A DNA stretch of 64,000 nt from Vicugna vicugna (Eukaryota): assembly GCA_013265495.1 (NCBI GenBank), contig MU058039.1:808591-872590 (forward strand), given 5' to 3'. Position 1 is the stretch's first letter. Each line of letters begins with the position of its first letter. Both the position numbers and the translations under genes were made by a program. Below the pieces are notes generated by a model that was given only the letters and a program-made list of their open reading frames with translations, made no database searches and was not told the DNA's origin. Shown piece after piece: positions 48,230 to 61,439 of the stretch.

Positions 48230-48990
48230 CCAAGCGTGCGTCTCTGTGTGTGCAGAGTGCCATGGAAGGTGGACGGCGGGGCCTATGAGTCCCAGGGTGT
48301 GCGTTCTGCGCAAACGAAGCTGCGCGTGCAGCAGCGAGCACAAGCAACCAGAGACCCCCACCCAGGCGTAGGGAGTTGGGACCCGGGGTCTGTGGGTCCG
48401 GGACTCCCCCCTGCGCCCCCCCCCCCTCCTCGCCTCACCCTGCCGCGGTACAGCTCTTCCAAGCGCCCGTCGATCCACTTCTCCACGTCCAGCCGCCGCT
48501 GCAGCTCCCGCCGATCATACTTGACGGTGACACGCGCGTGTCGCTTCTGCAGACCCCCGGGGCTACCCCCAGGCCCGCGGGCCCGCGATGGAGACTGCAG
48601 CTTGCTCAGCACGCGCTTGCCCAGCCGCTGAGCTGCCATCGCGGTCCTGGCTCCGGCCCCGGCGCAGCGCTGTGCGCTTTCGCCTCGCGCCCGGGGGACC
48701 TCTTACGGGCCGGGGCGGGGCCGGCCGGGGGCGGGGGCTCAGGCTCGCCGGGGGGCCGGCCCCGCCCCAGCCCCCCGGGGCCTCAGTTTCCCCGCCTGCA
48801 GCGCCAGGACTGGTCGCGGCCGCGCGCTCCGGGGTGAAGCCCGCGGCGGTGCCTGGCCTAGGTATGGGCGGGGTCCCGGAGCCCCGGGCCGGGGCCCGGC
48901 GGCTGGGGCTCCCGGGTCCTGGATCCCGCGGGGCGGGTCCCAGGATGGGCTCTCGGGGACCCGGCCTGTCTGCGCCCTCTGGCGGTTGCA
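48230..48990. promoter_or_regulatory. PPP1R14A: CpG island / PPP1R14A promoter
   Basis: Dense CpG with several GGGGCGGGG boxes at 48710-48770 and a CTCF-like motif on - at 48970-48987. Confidence 0.85.
48439..48639 (-). CDS. PPP1R14A: PPP1R14A exon 1 (PKC-potentiated PP1 inhibitor, includes Thr38)
   Basis: MAAQRLGKRVLSKLQSPSRARGPGGSPGGLQKRHARVTVKYDRRELQRRLDVEKWIDGRLEELYRGR|gtgagg. The four exons sum to 147 aa. Confidence 0.98.
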
Positions 48991-49544
48991 AGGGACTGTG
49001 CAGGAGCCCCTGTGTTAACCTATTCTCTTTTCAAGGGAAGATCAAGCCAGAGTACTCACAGCACATCATTATTTCGTTTTTTCATTTATTCACTCATCCA
49101 TGCATCCATTCGCTCATATCCACACACTCTATTCAGCAAATATTCATTTGCTGTCATAACGTCTGAGATTTTAAGCCCCATCTATCTCCCTCTTTCTCGC
49201 TCGCTCTCAGACTCCTCATGCCAGATAGTATCCAGGGGTCCTCTCCCTCTCTGGTCATTTCCAGTCTCCCCCTCCCCAACTCCCCTAGGCAATGGGGATA
49301 GATCAGTGAACAAAACAGACCAGTCCTCATGAAGTTGGCATTCTTGTGGTGGAGACAAGCAGTAACGTAAGTAAGTATAGCATATTACAGTTTATTAGAA
49401 GACGATCAGTTCTATGGAGAAATATGAAGCAGAGAAAGAGAAATGGATTGAGGGTGGGGTTGCAATTTTAGCGAGAACAATTTAGCGAGAGCAAGAATTA
49501 ATTTAAAACTTTAAAACTTCTATTTGGCCCTGTCCTTCTCCTGC

Positions 49545-50190
49545 TTAAGACTATCCATAATTAGGCAATGTTTTCTTAGATATGATACCAAAAGCAAAGC
49601 AAGAAAAGAAAAAAATAAATTGGACACCATCAAAATTTTGAACTTTGGTGTTTCAAAGAACATCATCAAGAAAGTGGAGAGACACAACATTGTAAAATGA
49701 CTGTAACTCAATAAAAAAAGTTAAAAAAAAAAGAAAGTGAAGAGACAACCCACAGAATGAGAGAGAGATACATGGAATCATGTATCTGAGTAGGTACTTG
49801 TATTTAAAATAAAGAAGTCATGGAATTCAATAGTAATAAGATGACCCAATTAAAAAATAGACAAAGGATCTGAAAAGACATTTATCTAAAAAAGACATAC
49901 AAAAGCCAATAAGCACATGAAAAGATGCTCAAAATCATGTGGAAAATGCAAAGCAAAACGGCAATGAGACAACACTTCACACAGTAGGTTGGCCATAATT
50001 TTCTCAAAATGGAAACTACCAAGTGTTGGCAAGGATGTGGAGGAATCAAAACCCTTATGATGGGGATGTAAAATGGAACAGCTATTTTGGAAAACAGCCT
50101 GGCAGTTCCTTAAAAGTTTAAACTTAGAGTTACCATACGATCCAGCAACTCCATTCTTAGGTATATGCCAGAGAATTGAAAACATGCCAG
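49545..50190 (+). mobile_element. Old L1 ORF2 3' fragment
   Basis: gccaataagcacatgaaaagatgctca...ttaccatacgatccagcaactccattcttaggtatat. Confidence 0.8.
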
Positions 50191-50439
50191 GCACAGTCCC
50201 ATCCTAGCACCTTTGCACTAGCTGTTCCCTCTCTCAGGAAAGCTCTTCCCTAGAATGACATCAACGGGGTTCACGTCTTCTCCCTGAGATGTCACCTGTG
50301 CTATGAGGGCTCCTCTGACCATCCTATTTCATACTGCAACTCCCATACTCCTTACCTGGCTCTATGTTTTATCCATAACACTCACTGCCTTTTAACATTG
50401 TATATAATTTACTCATTTTATTTATTGTCTGTTTTCCAA

Positions 50440-52527
50440 GTAGTGGTATACTAAAGGGAGGGAAATAGGGGTGGTCCACCTTGGGTATAGGCAAAATGGG
50501 GTGCACTGTCTGTAGAGAACTTTAAAATAATAATAAAACTGACCCAAAGTTGGCCAAGTTTTTATTATAGCATATGCACTGACAAATTCAAAACCGTATC
50601 AGCGATAAAAATAATCCTCCCACCCCCAGGAAACAATCATTTGTTGGTGTACTTACTGAACAATTGATGCAATACTGTTGAGTTTTAATAATATATATGT
50701 AAGCTTCAAATTAAATATTTTTATTACTGTCTCCTCTATTAAAAATTGTATGTGTATTAGTTTTCTCTTACTGTGTAATTAATTACCACCAACTTAGTGG
50801 CTTAAAATAACACACATTTCTTATTTCAAAGTTTCTGTGGATCCAGTCTAGTCATGGCTTAGCTGGGCCCTCTGCTCCAGGGCCTCACCAGACTGCAATT
50901 CAGGTGTCAGTCAGGGCTGTCATCTCATCAGAGGCTCGACTGGGGAAAGATCTGCTTCCATTTGCTTGCGGTTGTAGGGATAAGGTCTTCATTTTCTTGC
51001 TGGCTATTAGTGGGGTTTGCTGTCGGCTCCTAGGGGCCACCTACAATTCCTTGCCATGTGGCCTTCTCCATAGATTCTTTGACAAATGTGATGGCTCATA
51101 TCTTCCAAAGCCAGCAATGGAAAGTGTCTCTCTTTCCAGTTCCACAAAGACAGAGTTTCATATAATATCATGTAAACACAAACCTCCTTTGCCATTTTCT
51201 ATTGGTTAGAAGCAAGTTCCAGGTCCTGCTCCCACTTGAAGGGAAGGGATTATACAGGCCATAAACATGGTAGCTGTCCAATATCTGTTTGCCACAATAT
51301 TCTATAGGGAAGTTAATATAGGGAACTCCCAAATATACGGTTGACCTCTGTCCTATGAAGACTCAGCTATGTGTGTTCATTCTGAAAATAAGTTCATAAC
51401 AATTTGGAATCATTTGGGCTTGTGTCAGGCACAGTTTGAGTCTCCAATGTCTGTGATTCAACATATTCTTGCATCTAAATAATAGATTAGAAATTAAAAT
51501 TATAGCACAATGATTATAAAGATGAAGAAATTATTCTGTCATTCTACATGTTTTTGGGAGTTTTTGTGTTTAAAATTTTAAACAGTGAATCAGGGTATGA
51601 ACTCGGAGGTATAATATTTTTATTTGTTAAGTACAAATTTTCATTCCTACATGAAATATTTTACTGAATTTGAGTAATATCTTTAAAATGGAAATTTATT
51701 CATTTTCAATTATTAATTTTAAAGTGAAAGCACAAATATCATAATGATTCTTACATGATTATTATTAAAAATAATTTTTTGGTAGACAGGAGGAGGTATA
51801 AAAATATTATCCACCGCAGGTGTTGTTACTGAACGTGCAAAGCCAATTTACTGACAAGGGCTTGTGGTAAAGGAAAGCATAGTGTTTATTTGCAGGGTGC
51901 CCAGCAAGGATAATGAGCAGCTCATGCTCAAAAGACTTGAAATCTCCGATGGCTTTCAGGAAAGGGATTTTAAGGGCCACATTTGGGGTGAGGCTTGCAG
52001 CACATGGACCTTTTTCTGATTGGTTGGGGTGGTGATGTTTTGAGAATCTTAATCATCAACCTTCTGGGGTCTACTTGCTTGTGGTCAGCATGTAATTGCC
52101 ATCCTCCACCTGGACGGGGTCTTAGTTTCTGCAGAACAACTGAAAGATACGTGTCAGATTTTTATGCATACCCCTTGAGGGGGAACGTCTGACTCTTTTT
52201 ATCACTGAACTATTGTTTCTTGCCTGTTTCCATTGTTTCTGCATTCCCAAACGTCCCTAATTAGTAACTGCTTAAGATCTTTAGAACTCAGGGAAGGCCT
52301 TGGAGCCTTTGTCTACAAACAATAAACAGAGGACTTTTGGACCTGGGAGGGCCCTACAGAGTCCTGCTCAGTTTCAGCCCTGCCTTTTCTTTGATGCTCT
52401 TCTGTCCTGAGGGAAACAGGGGCGGGACAAGAAAGGGAATAAAGTTTTGGATAGAGAGGTTAATCATAAACATGAACTCGGTTTAGGGGGCTTGGTTTCA
52501 GTGTCAGATATGCTAGATTCCTCACTG
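50440..52527. mobile_element. Probable hAT-type DNA transposon relic containing an MLT1-like LTR (~50755-51270) and a solo LTR
   Basis: Degenerate inverted ends (tagtggtatacta... / ...ctagattcctcactg) around an AT-rich body. The family assignment is from memory. Confidence 0.4.
51824..52500 (-). mobile_element. Solo ERV LTR (677 bp, ERV1-type 4-bp TSD)
   Basis: TG...CA termini (tgttactgaac ... ttggtttca), with GTGT duplicated at 51820-51823 and 52501-52504. AATAAA on - near 51886-51891. Confidence 0.7.
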
Positions 52528-53859
52528 TTCTCAACACTAGAAAGTGAGTTTCAACAGGCCAGGAATTTTGCTTTGTTCACTGTTGTATCTTCTCCAGCAT
52601 TGACAACAGTACTTGGCTCACAGTGGGTGCTCAAAGAATGTGCGGAATGAACGAACAGATGTGTGAATGAATCAACAGGCCTGTGCCTCCTCTCCAGCCT
52701 CAGCTCTCACTGCAGTTCTGTTTTTCAGCTCAAGCCTGGGTTTTAGTGGGATGGGGTAGGGGTATGGGGTTCAGGTGCTGAAGAGAACTCCGGCCTCACA
52801 TTTCAGACTCTTGAGTCCCAGGTCCTCAATGCAAGATTAAAGAAGATGGTGGGAATAAAACTTTGTTTAAGGTAAACACCATTCTGATAACCCAGTTAAG
52901 GCTCTTCACATATTAGTAGGTCAAGAGGGAGTCTGAGTAGTGGGGGTGGCCCTGGCTCCAATAATGCACTGATGTCTTTCTTGCTTCAGGACTTCTGCAT
53001 TTGTTGTTTGTTTGGAATGTCTGTCCTTCAGCCCTATTTATCCTTCAGGGTTCATTATCAAAACCACCTCCCCCACCTCCCAGTCCTCTGTTATTTTCCA
53101 TCCCAGCCCCCAATCCATTTGCTTCATAGCATTGTTGGGTATTTTCAATAATACTGCACTTAAGTCATCCTGTTGGTCATCCTCTGTTTTTATGCCTGCC
53201 CTAATGCACCCCTCTTTCGGGATTCAGCTCATACATCCCTCTTTCAGGAAGCCTGCCCTGGCCCCCAATCTGCTGAGATGCCTCCTCTGGGTTTCACTCC
53301 TTTCAGGCCTGATTACTCTACATGTGCTTCCCCATCACAGCCCTGACATCTATTCTTGCCTGGTGAAGTATTTGTCTTCACCTCAGGACTGGGAACCGTG
53401 GACGCAGGATGTGGGGCTCTTGCTCATTCATGGCTCTATTACCTTCTCTGGCAAGCCCTCTATGAACCTCTCTCAGGCTGAATGGGGAACTTATCTGGGC
53501 TCCCAGGTCTTGCACCACCGAAGCCCCTGATCACTCAGACTGTGCTTCCTACATCACATCCCTAATCACTCTGCCCTATGCTTCTGTCATCACTACTCTG
53601 GTCGGTTTCTGTCTGGTGACGCAGGGACTGCTCTGGCGTGGTCACCCCTGGATTTCCTGCAACACTCCGAGTAGGCGCTCAGTGAACGCTGAATTTAGGA
53701 ACGAATCCCTGGCCCTCAATGGAAGGCTGAGGCGAGGCAGGCAAAAACCACAAGTTTCCAATAAGAGCACGACTGCGTCCTCTTCTCTCACCCTGAGGCC
53801 CAGTCCACGCTCGAAGGTGCTCGTACCTAGTGATCTATCTCCAAGGCAAGGGCATCAGG

Positions 53860-54620
53860 AGCCCCGGGACTCAGCGGGAGAGCGCCTCCTCCCGGGCTAA
53901 AGTCCTACCCGGAGCGGAGCCAACGCAAGCCCCGCCCCCTTCCCCCAGCGCCAAGGGCGGGCCCAGGTGCGCTCTGGGAGGAGGAGGGCCGCTCAGGTGC
54001 CTGCTCCCTGCGCCTGCGCTCTACACACCCCGCCTCGCCAGGTGCGCCCCGCCCCCTCCCTGGCATCCACCTTCGGTAGCTGCTTCCCGGCGGCCGCCAT
54101 TGCCTCAAGCGCCCGCCAAGCGTTTGTGGGTGTAGCTGGGTTCTGAACTGGGGGAGAGTCGGGGGCGAGCGAGGAACGGACTGAAGCATCGTGGGCAAAA
54201 GAGGCAGGGTGACCGCACACCTAAGGTCCGAGAAAGGGGCTTCCCGGGCACCTGCTGTGTGGCGAGAGCCAGCGCAGCACCCCGCGGACCCTTCTGCGAA
54301 CGCCCGCACCTGAGCGCGAGGCGCTCCCGTGCGCGTGCGCGGGAAGGGTCTTCCCGCACCTGATCGCGAGACCCCAACGGCTGGCAGCTCGCGGCCTTGC
54401 CTGGGTGGCCGGGTGGAGCTCGTCATGGCGCAGCTGTGTGGGCCGAAGCGGTGCTGGGCTCTCCTCGCCCTGCTGGCATCGCTGCTCCTCTCTGGGGCTG
54501 AGGCGGCCGATGGAGAACGTGGCGTCCACGGTGAGGTTCGGGGCGGGTCTCCCGGGAGGAGTGGAGGGCCGAGAGGCCGAAGGAGGGGCGTTAGGGGCAG
54601 AGTTGGGGGTGTAAGTTGGG
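53860..54620. promoter_or_regulatory. SPINT2: CpG island / SPINT2 promoter with six CAGGTG E-boxes
   Basis: Dense CpG with GC boxes. CAGGTG at 53964, 53994 and 54039; CACCTG at 54249, 54307 and 54357. Confidence 0.85.
54425..54530 (+). CDS. SPINT2: SPINT2 (HAI-2) exon 1, signal peptide
   Basis: gtcATGg Kozak context. Encodes MAQLCGPKRCWALLALLASLLLSGAEAADGERGVH, 106 nt, donor g|gtgagg. Lies head-to-head with PPP1R14A as in human. No Kunitz-domain exon is seen in the window. Confidence 0.93.
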
Positions 54621-57600
54621 GTCCGTGGGGGCCTGGGCACGGTCTGAGCGAGGAGAATTGGCGGGGGTGGGGGAAGTTGGGAGCGACTTGGTGACTCTTA
54701 GATGGTGTCGTGGAGCCAGCCCTGGGAGGTAGAACCTTGAGAAGGAGATTTGGGAGCCCCTGGGAGGGAGGACAGGCGGAGGAGCCGGGCTGGGGAAAGT
54801 TTCCTGAGGGGGAGGGAGGAGACTAGGGCTGTTGACCTAGAAGGAGTGGCTTTGGCCGTTCCTGTGGCAGGAAGAGGGTGAGGGGCCAAACTGAAGACCA
54901 GCCTCTTCCTGGCAGCGGAAAGTTCCGGGGCCCAAGAAAGTCCTAGGAGGCCTGCCTCAGAGGGCGGGGCTTGGATTAGGTGACTTGGTGGCTGTTTTAG
55001 CCTCAGGGAGGAGGCCCTCACCCCTCCCCCACCTTTGGAAATTGGACAGCGGCCTCCTGAGAAACCTTTCTGGTTCATATGCAGTAGAGCGCCTTCCAGA
55101 AGAAAGGTGGATACCCAAAGGAAGGCGAAGAAAAGCGGAAGTATTGGGGGGCACTTTGTCACGGTGCAAGGGTGGGAGCCCCTTATTATAAGAATATTGG
55201 CATTGAGAAGCTGGGCTTGGATTCTTTGGACTGATCGTTAGAGGCTGGTGGAGGATAAGGCCCAATTTAAACCTCTACAGTGTAAGGAAGTTTGGCCGGA
55301 AAGGTCTTTTTGAATAAGTGTAGGTCTAACCTTAACTGATTCAGACATCTAAGCACAAGCAGGCTTTGAAAATAACACTCTTGAATTCATTGATTCAGCA
55401 AAACTTATTGAGCCCCTGCTATGTGTCAGGGACAGTGCTGGCAGCGGTGATAACAGTTGTGACTCAGCCAGGCCAGGTCCCTGCATGTACAGAGCTTATA
55501 TTCTAGTGGGGTAGACAGAGACAGTGAGTAAACATTTAAATAATGAGCACTCACCACAGTATTAAATTACTAAGACGTAATTGAACAGGGTGAAGTAGAC
55601 AAACAGGGATGAGGTAAGATGATGGGGGCCACTTTAGTTCAGGTGGTCAGGGAAGGGCTCTCTGAGGAGGGTGACATCTTAGCTCTATCATGAAGAATGA
55701 GCAGTGGCAGCAACGTGGAGACCTTGAGGACTAGTGTCCAGTTGGAAGTAATGAAGTATGAAGGCCTTGAGGCTGGAACAAGCTTGGTGGTATTCGAGGA
55801 AAATACAACCAGCATGGCTGGAGTCGGAGGGTGTTGGGGGCGTGGAATTGGAGGAGAATGTGGGGTGGGAGAAGTAGGCAGGAGCCAGGTGGCTTTATAG
55901 GCCAGCATGTTAGATGGAAAGAGAGAAAGTAGGATATGTCTGCACCAAGATATCACCAGTGGTGATTTCTGAAGATTTAATTTCCCTATGTCTGAGGCAG
56001 AGAGGGAAAAATGAGTCACAGTGGGAGAGGGGCTGTCAAGAGCCAGTGGGGAAGGTAAAACAAAAAACAAGAGCCAGTGGGGAGAGACTCAGCTCCAGAG
56101 GACCGGCAATTAAGAATGCAGGTGTTAATCATTTTTGCAATCTGAACTGGAATTTGTCAGCCCTTCTGGGCTTTTTTAGAGGAAGAAGTTGTGTTAGGAT
56201 GTACCTTCCAGTTACGTGGCCTCGGATTTTATCAAAACTGAGTTTGGGGATAACATCTATTGCTTACCCTGAGCTCGTATGCATTATTTAATCCTTGAAA
56301 CAACCTGGTGTGGTGGTGAAGTTACAGATCTTGCTAAGGTCACACAGTAGTGACAGAGCTGGGTCTTGCTGCAGAGGTCGTCTCTGTTCCCAATGGCTTT
56401 GTCGGCTGCTGCAGCTGGCTGGACCTACTGACCTTTCAGAAGTACTCCTGTCTGGCTGGGTAAACTAATGCCCTTGCTTATCTGAAGTTCTGTTTGTTTG
56501 AAAGCTTTCAACAGCTTAATTTGAGGTAGGAGGTGGTTTTGATTCTCTCTCTGTCTGCCCCTTCTGATTGCTTTGGTTTTTCTCTGGTAGTAATGTCATC
56601 CACTAAGAGTTGAGGTGTTTCTGCAGCCACACACAGCTGTGCAAGTACCTCCAGATGAGTATGGTGGAGGTGGGGGAGAGTGCGTAATGAATGTATATAA
56701 GAGGGAGATCATAATGGTCTGTCAAAGAATAGTCTGTGTGAAGACATGAGGGGGCTGAGGGGTGGTGTAAAGGTGGTAGGACCAGTGGATTGTTGGAGTT
56801 GAGGTTTTGAAGGGAGTGAGCTAGAAAGATAGGATGCAGTGGGCAGTGAGTGAGATGCATGAAACTGAGGTTCTGAGGAGGCTGCAGTTATTGAGACAAA
56901 GGTCTAGGTGTGACCCTGGAAGGGAGCTTCTGAGGGGAGGACAGGATCACTGAAGGAGAGGAAGTCTAGGAGCCAAGAGGCCAGGATGGTTGGAGGATCA
57001 ACTACCTGGATCTGGAAATCCCCAAGAATGATGACAGGAGCAGCAGCAAGAGTGAGCGTGAGCCAGCAGCTAAAACCATGAAGTGAGGAGTAGTGATCTG
57101 GGGCTGCAGATAAGCCACAGGTGAGGTACATTTACTCTGATGACGAAATTCGTCAGATGTTGAGAGAGTGGAGGGAGAGTGATGTAGAAGCAGCACTCAC
57201 CTGGAAGGGCCCAAAAGAAGCTATACCCTCAGCAGAGAGCTGGGTTCAGTTAGAGTAAGAAAGTGGCAAGAATGTTCGGAGAAGAGATTGAGGGAATGAA
57301 AGGTTTTGCTTAAGATAGGTCATAAGTACCAGAGACTCCAGGAGTTAGGGGAAGGGAGATGGCAACAAAACAGTATGTATGGGGATGAAGGGGGACTCAG
57401 GAGTCTGGGGCTGATACAGTCATAAGCAAGTGATAGGAGAGTCGTGTGGTCTCGAGACTGACAGTGTTGGTGAGGCACTGGGTGGTGGAGGGCAGAAAGG
57501 GAGGGGTGAGGGATGTAGTGGACACTTGGAGGCTTGGCACAGTGTCCTGACTCCAGACGTCTGCAGAGGGAGGTGGGGGAAAGCTGATACTGCCCCGGGT

Positions 57601-60600
57601 GTTCCTAGCGTTCAGGGAGAGTTCCACTCCACCATGGATGCATGTAGAGATTACAGACTGGCTGTTCCCACAAGGCCTCAAACAGGCTTTAGGTGACTTG
57701 TACAGTTTCTAGAATTGAAAATTTTTTATGGAAAATTTTGATTTTTGGCTTTGCCTGAAAGATATGAAGATCTGGCAGCACCAGGCCAGTGTTCCCACAT
57801 AGTACCCATGGGCTGGTGCTGAGTGCTTCTTTTGGAAAGGACGTCTTTCTCAGTCTGTGTTTATTCACTTGGCCTGCCCTCTGTATTTTCTAATGACTCC
57901 CATGTTAAGTATATGCCCCATTTAGTAAATAGAGGTAGATAAAATATAATAGCTCCTTATAAATTGTACAGTGCGGTGACTGTGTGCATGTATGTTATTG
58001 TTGTTAGGAAACACCCTTTCAGGTGGCCACAAATGTGCATTTTTTTTCTCTTCTCAGGTGATAAGTCCTAGTATTTGGAGTGCCTCCCAAATACATAATT
58101 TTGATGAATATGAGGGCAGATAATATATTCTTTTTCAGGGTAATATATTCCTTTTCAGAATAGAACCTCAAAAATTCCTTTCGGGAGCAGTCAGTTAAGT
58201 GTAGTTCCTGCTGCCAGTAGCTTCGGCCAGGCCTTGGGCATCATAACTTGTGTTAATGGTTCCTTGGCTCATAGTCCTTTGTTGATTGTTCTTGGGAATT
58301 TCCACTGGAGACAAGTGCGGCAGCATTTGTGTGAGAGCCTCCACCACACTTTCAAGTGATCGTCCATTTGCATCAACCCGCCTGGGTTAATTTGTTTCCC
58401 CAGAACTCTGACTGAAAGAATGAACTTTCCAGCAGATCTCCAATAAGCATGTTATTAGTCATCATTCCTTTCTCTTCTCCTCACCTCTATGGATAGTGGT
58501 AAATTGAGTGGTCAAAGAGACGATGACAGATAAGAGTGGAAGTGTAGCTGGTGTTGGTGATCAGCTGGGAGTTCTCTAAGGCAGCATCTTGTATCCTTGT
58601 CCTTCACAGGAGAGGCGCTTGTTTTAATTGCAGGCAAGACAGTTTGGTTCCAGGACAGTTTGAAATATTTATCACTGAGTTATTCAACACATATTTATTG
58701 AGCACCTACCAAGTGCCAGGCACAGTTTTAGACCCTGGAAGCAAAGCACTGAATGAAACAGATGACACCCCCCACCCCATCCATGGCAGTTAAGGTGTAA
58801 TGAGAGGAAAACAATACAAAAACCAAAAAATGAACAGTGAATAAATATTTGGGGATGAGTGCTATAAGGAAATGTAAGGTAAGGTTTGTGTGCTTAGTAC
58901 TGAAAACATGGCCTTTGAGACCCAAATGGTGCCAGTCCCCTAAAGAACATTAAGGGGCTTGCCTTTAGGTACACTAAGGGAAAGTGGACCCTTGCCAGTA
59001 GAAATATTCCCTGGCCCAGGTCGGCATTTGAGAGCTCAGCCTGTGATAAAACAGATTTCTCTTTCACCCAACCCCCTACCTGTTTCTCATTTTACCTACC
59101 CTCAGAGTCATTTGCAACACTCCAGCTGGCCTCCAGGTAGTTGGCTAGTCAACCAAACCTGTGTTTGCCCTATTCAGAGGCTGAGAGCAATAAGTAATGA
59201 GGTAGCCTTTGATTCGTGTGAGATAGGAGAGAACCCTGAAGGGGTCACACTGAAATGACTTAACCCCAGGAGGCCTTGGTGGTCCACTGGTCACATGACT
59301 AATGAGGAATTCACAGATGACCCCCAGAAGCACTAGTGTCTGGATTATGGACATCCTTCTGTGTTCCTAGTCACAAATGTCATTTCACGTGTTGTTTCTG
59401 ATGAGGTCTTCTTGAAAACTCCTTATGAAGGAATTCTGGAACTTGGATGCTGAGGCCCAGGAACTACTTAACCTTCAAGTTTATTTGAAGCACATTTTTC
59501 GTTATTGGGAAGCTATTTTAGAGGTGAGGGCGAATGTTTGAGATGGATCTCACCAACAGAGTCCTGGGTTCCTGGCTTTAGAAGCCCCTTAATTTGAAAT
59601 CCCTGAGTTCATATGTGGTGCTTTGTGTGTGTCCTAGAGTTGGTCATTTAGAGGGTAGGGCATGTTCTTGTGGAGGTGGGGGGATGATGAAAAAATATTA
59701 GATATTACAATAGTTTGTGACCTCCTACAGGGCCACACAGATATACAGTATGTCTGTGGTATTGAAATTTAATGGGCTGATTAGGAAAAATATGTCTAAA
59801 AAGTCACCTTAGGGAGAGTGAGAAAAAGATTGAGAAACATTGCTTTAGGGAGAGTCCATTAGCTTTCATCAATTTCTGAAAAAGTTCTATATTTCAAAAA
59901 AGGTTAAGAGCCCCTGAATGTGAATTAACAGACAATTCCATGAAAGTCTTTGAAACTGCTTGTTTCCTTCCAAATTATTCAGATGGATTTCTATAATTCT
60001 AGTTATGGATTTTGGTAAGGGTAGAATTTATAGTTCCACTTGAGTGATGAATATGAGGTGACAGTGGGTAGCAGTGGTGGCTTGCCTTGTGCCGATAGTT
60101 TATGGAATGTAAACCTTTCTGTCTAAATATTTTATATCTAAAATGCCAAGATTTTATATCTAAAACACCAAGATTTTATGAGCCTTACAATTTAAGTTGG
60201 ATTTGTCATTGTAAATGTTCTTTCCTCATACATACCTAGGGGTTATTTTAAAGTTTCTGAGTTACTTATCCTAACGACAACTTCCAGACACCTGAAACTA
60301 GAGGACATGGGTAATTAATAGCTTTCTGTAGTAGAAACAGAAGCCCAAAAGTATGTAGAACCTATCCAGCTAACCAAAATAGGTGGATTTATAGATCACC
60401 TTGAAATAAGACTGATTATGAAATAAATGTCAACTTTGGAACTTGGCATGGTAGAATTAAAACAACTTTGAACACATTCCTGATCTTCAGTACCTCTTCA
60501 CTCACAGAAAACTTTAAGATTCTCTCATTCCTTAAGGAAAAGGTAACTTGAAGTCCAAATGGGTAGCCAAGCCATAATTGTTCTTATTTTCCCATCTCTA

Positions 60601-61439
60601 ACCTCTTAATCTCCTGATATTGTGGTGTTGCAGGACTTTGATCTATGTGATAGTCTACCATTGCCTTACTGTAGGTGAAGTTAAGGAATTCTGTATCTTC
60701 AGCCACAGCAGGTGGTTGCACAGCAAAAAAAGGGAAGGAGTGATGGTTGAGTTAGTTTGATCAACTCATTGGCTTGAGTTTGTGCTTTTGGTTTTTAGTA
60801 TTCCCTATATCCTGTCAGTCACCACATTCAGTTGGACTCTAGTGAAATTTGTCATCCTCTTTGACTTCATTCCCACTGTTCCTGCATTAGTCTGGTCTTC
60901 ATAAAAATATAGTATCTACTATTTATTCAAAGCTTTGTGCCAAATGTTTTAAGCACTTACAATAGAGTGAAAAAAATCCTTTAATTCTCATAACACTCTT
61001 AATGATATTGATCTGTGTGTCCAAGAAGTCCCTTGCATTTGAGTTGTTTTTAAGAAATGCATCTGCAGGCTCACAGAATTTATCTCATCAGGGCCCATGG
61101 AGGGAAAGCCAACTGAATTTCCCCACTTTATTACTTACCAGTGATTTCAATACATTGAGCAATCTCAAACAAGCCATTGTCAAGATAGCCTCAAGATTAA
61201 TGAATGGTGTATTCCACAGCAGGAAACGAAAGTCTAGATGTCACAAAAGGGGTCATTTTGCTAGCAAACTTGTCAAAAAAACCCCTTTTATACTAACTAG
61301 ATCCAGAATGGATGTAAATCACACAGAGAGGCCTTTACTGCAACCTGGGCTGAGTTGCATTTATAATGTCTTCAAATTAGTTCTCTTGCTAACATTCTTA
61401 GCTTTTACTTTAACCTAAAGGGATTTTAAAGAGAAAATT

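Noticed and set aside
57141..57155. Palindrome TGACGAA-A-TTCGTCA
   Set aside because: Short, isolated and within decayed repeat-like sequence, so compatible with chance.
60128..60180. Small local tandem duplications (22-bp unit here; similar ones near 58120-58160 and 37675-37720)
   Set aside because: Ordinary slippage-type duplications with no sign of function.
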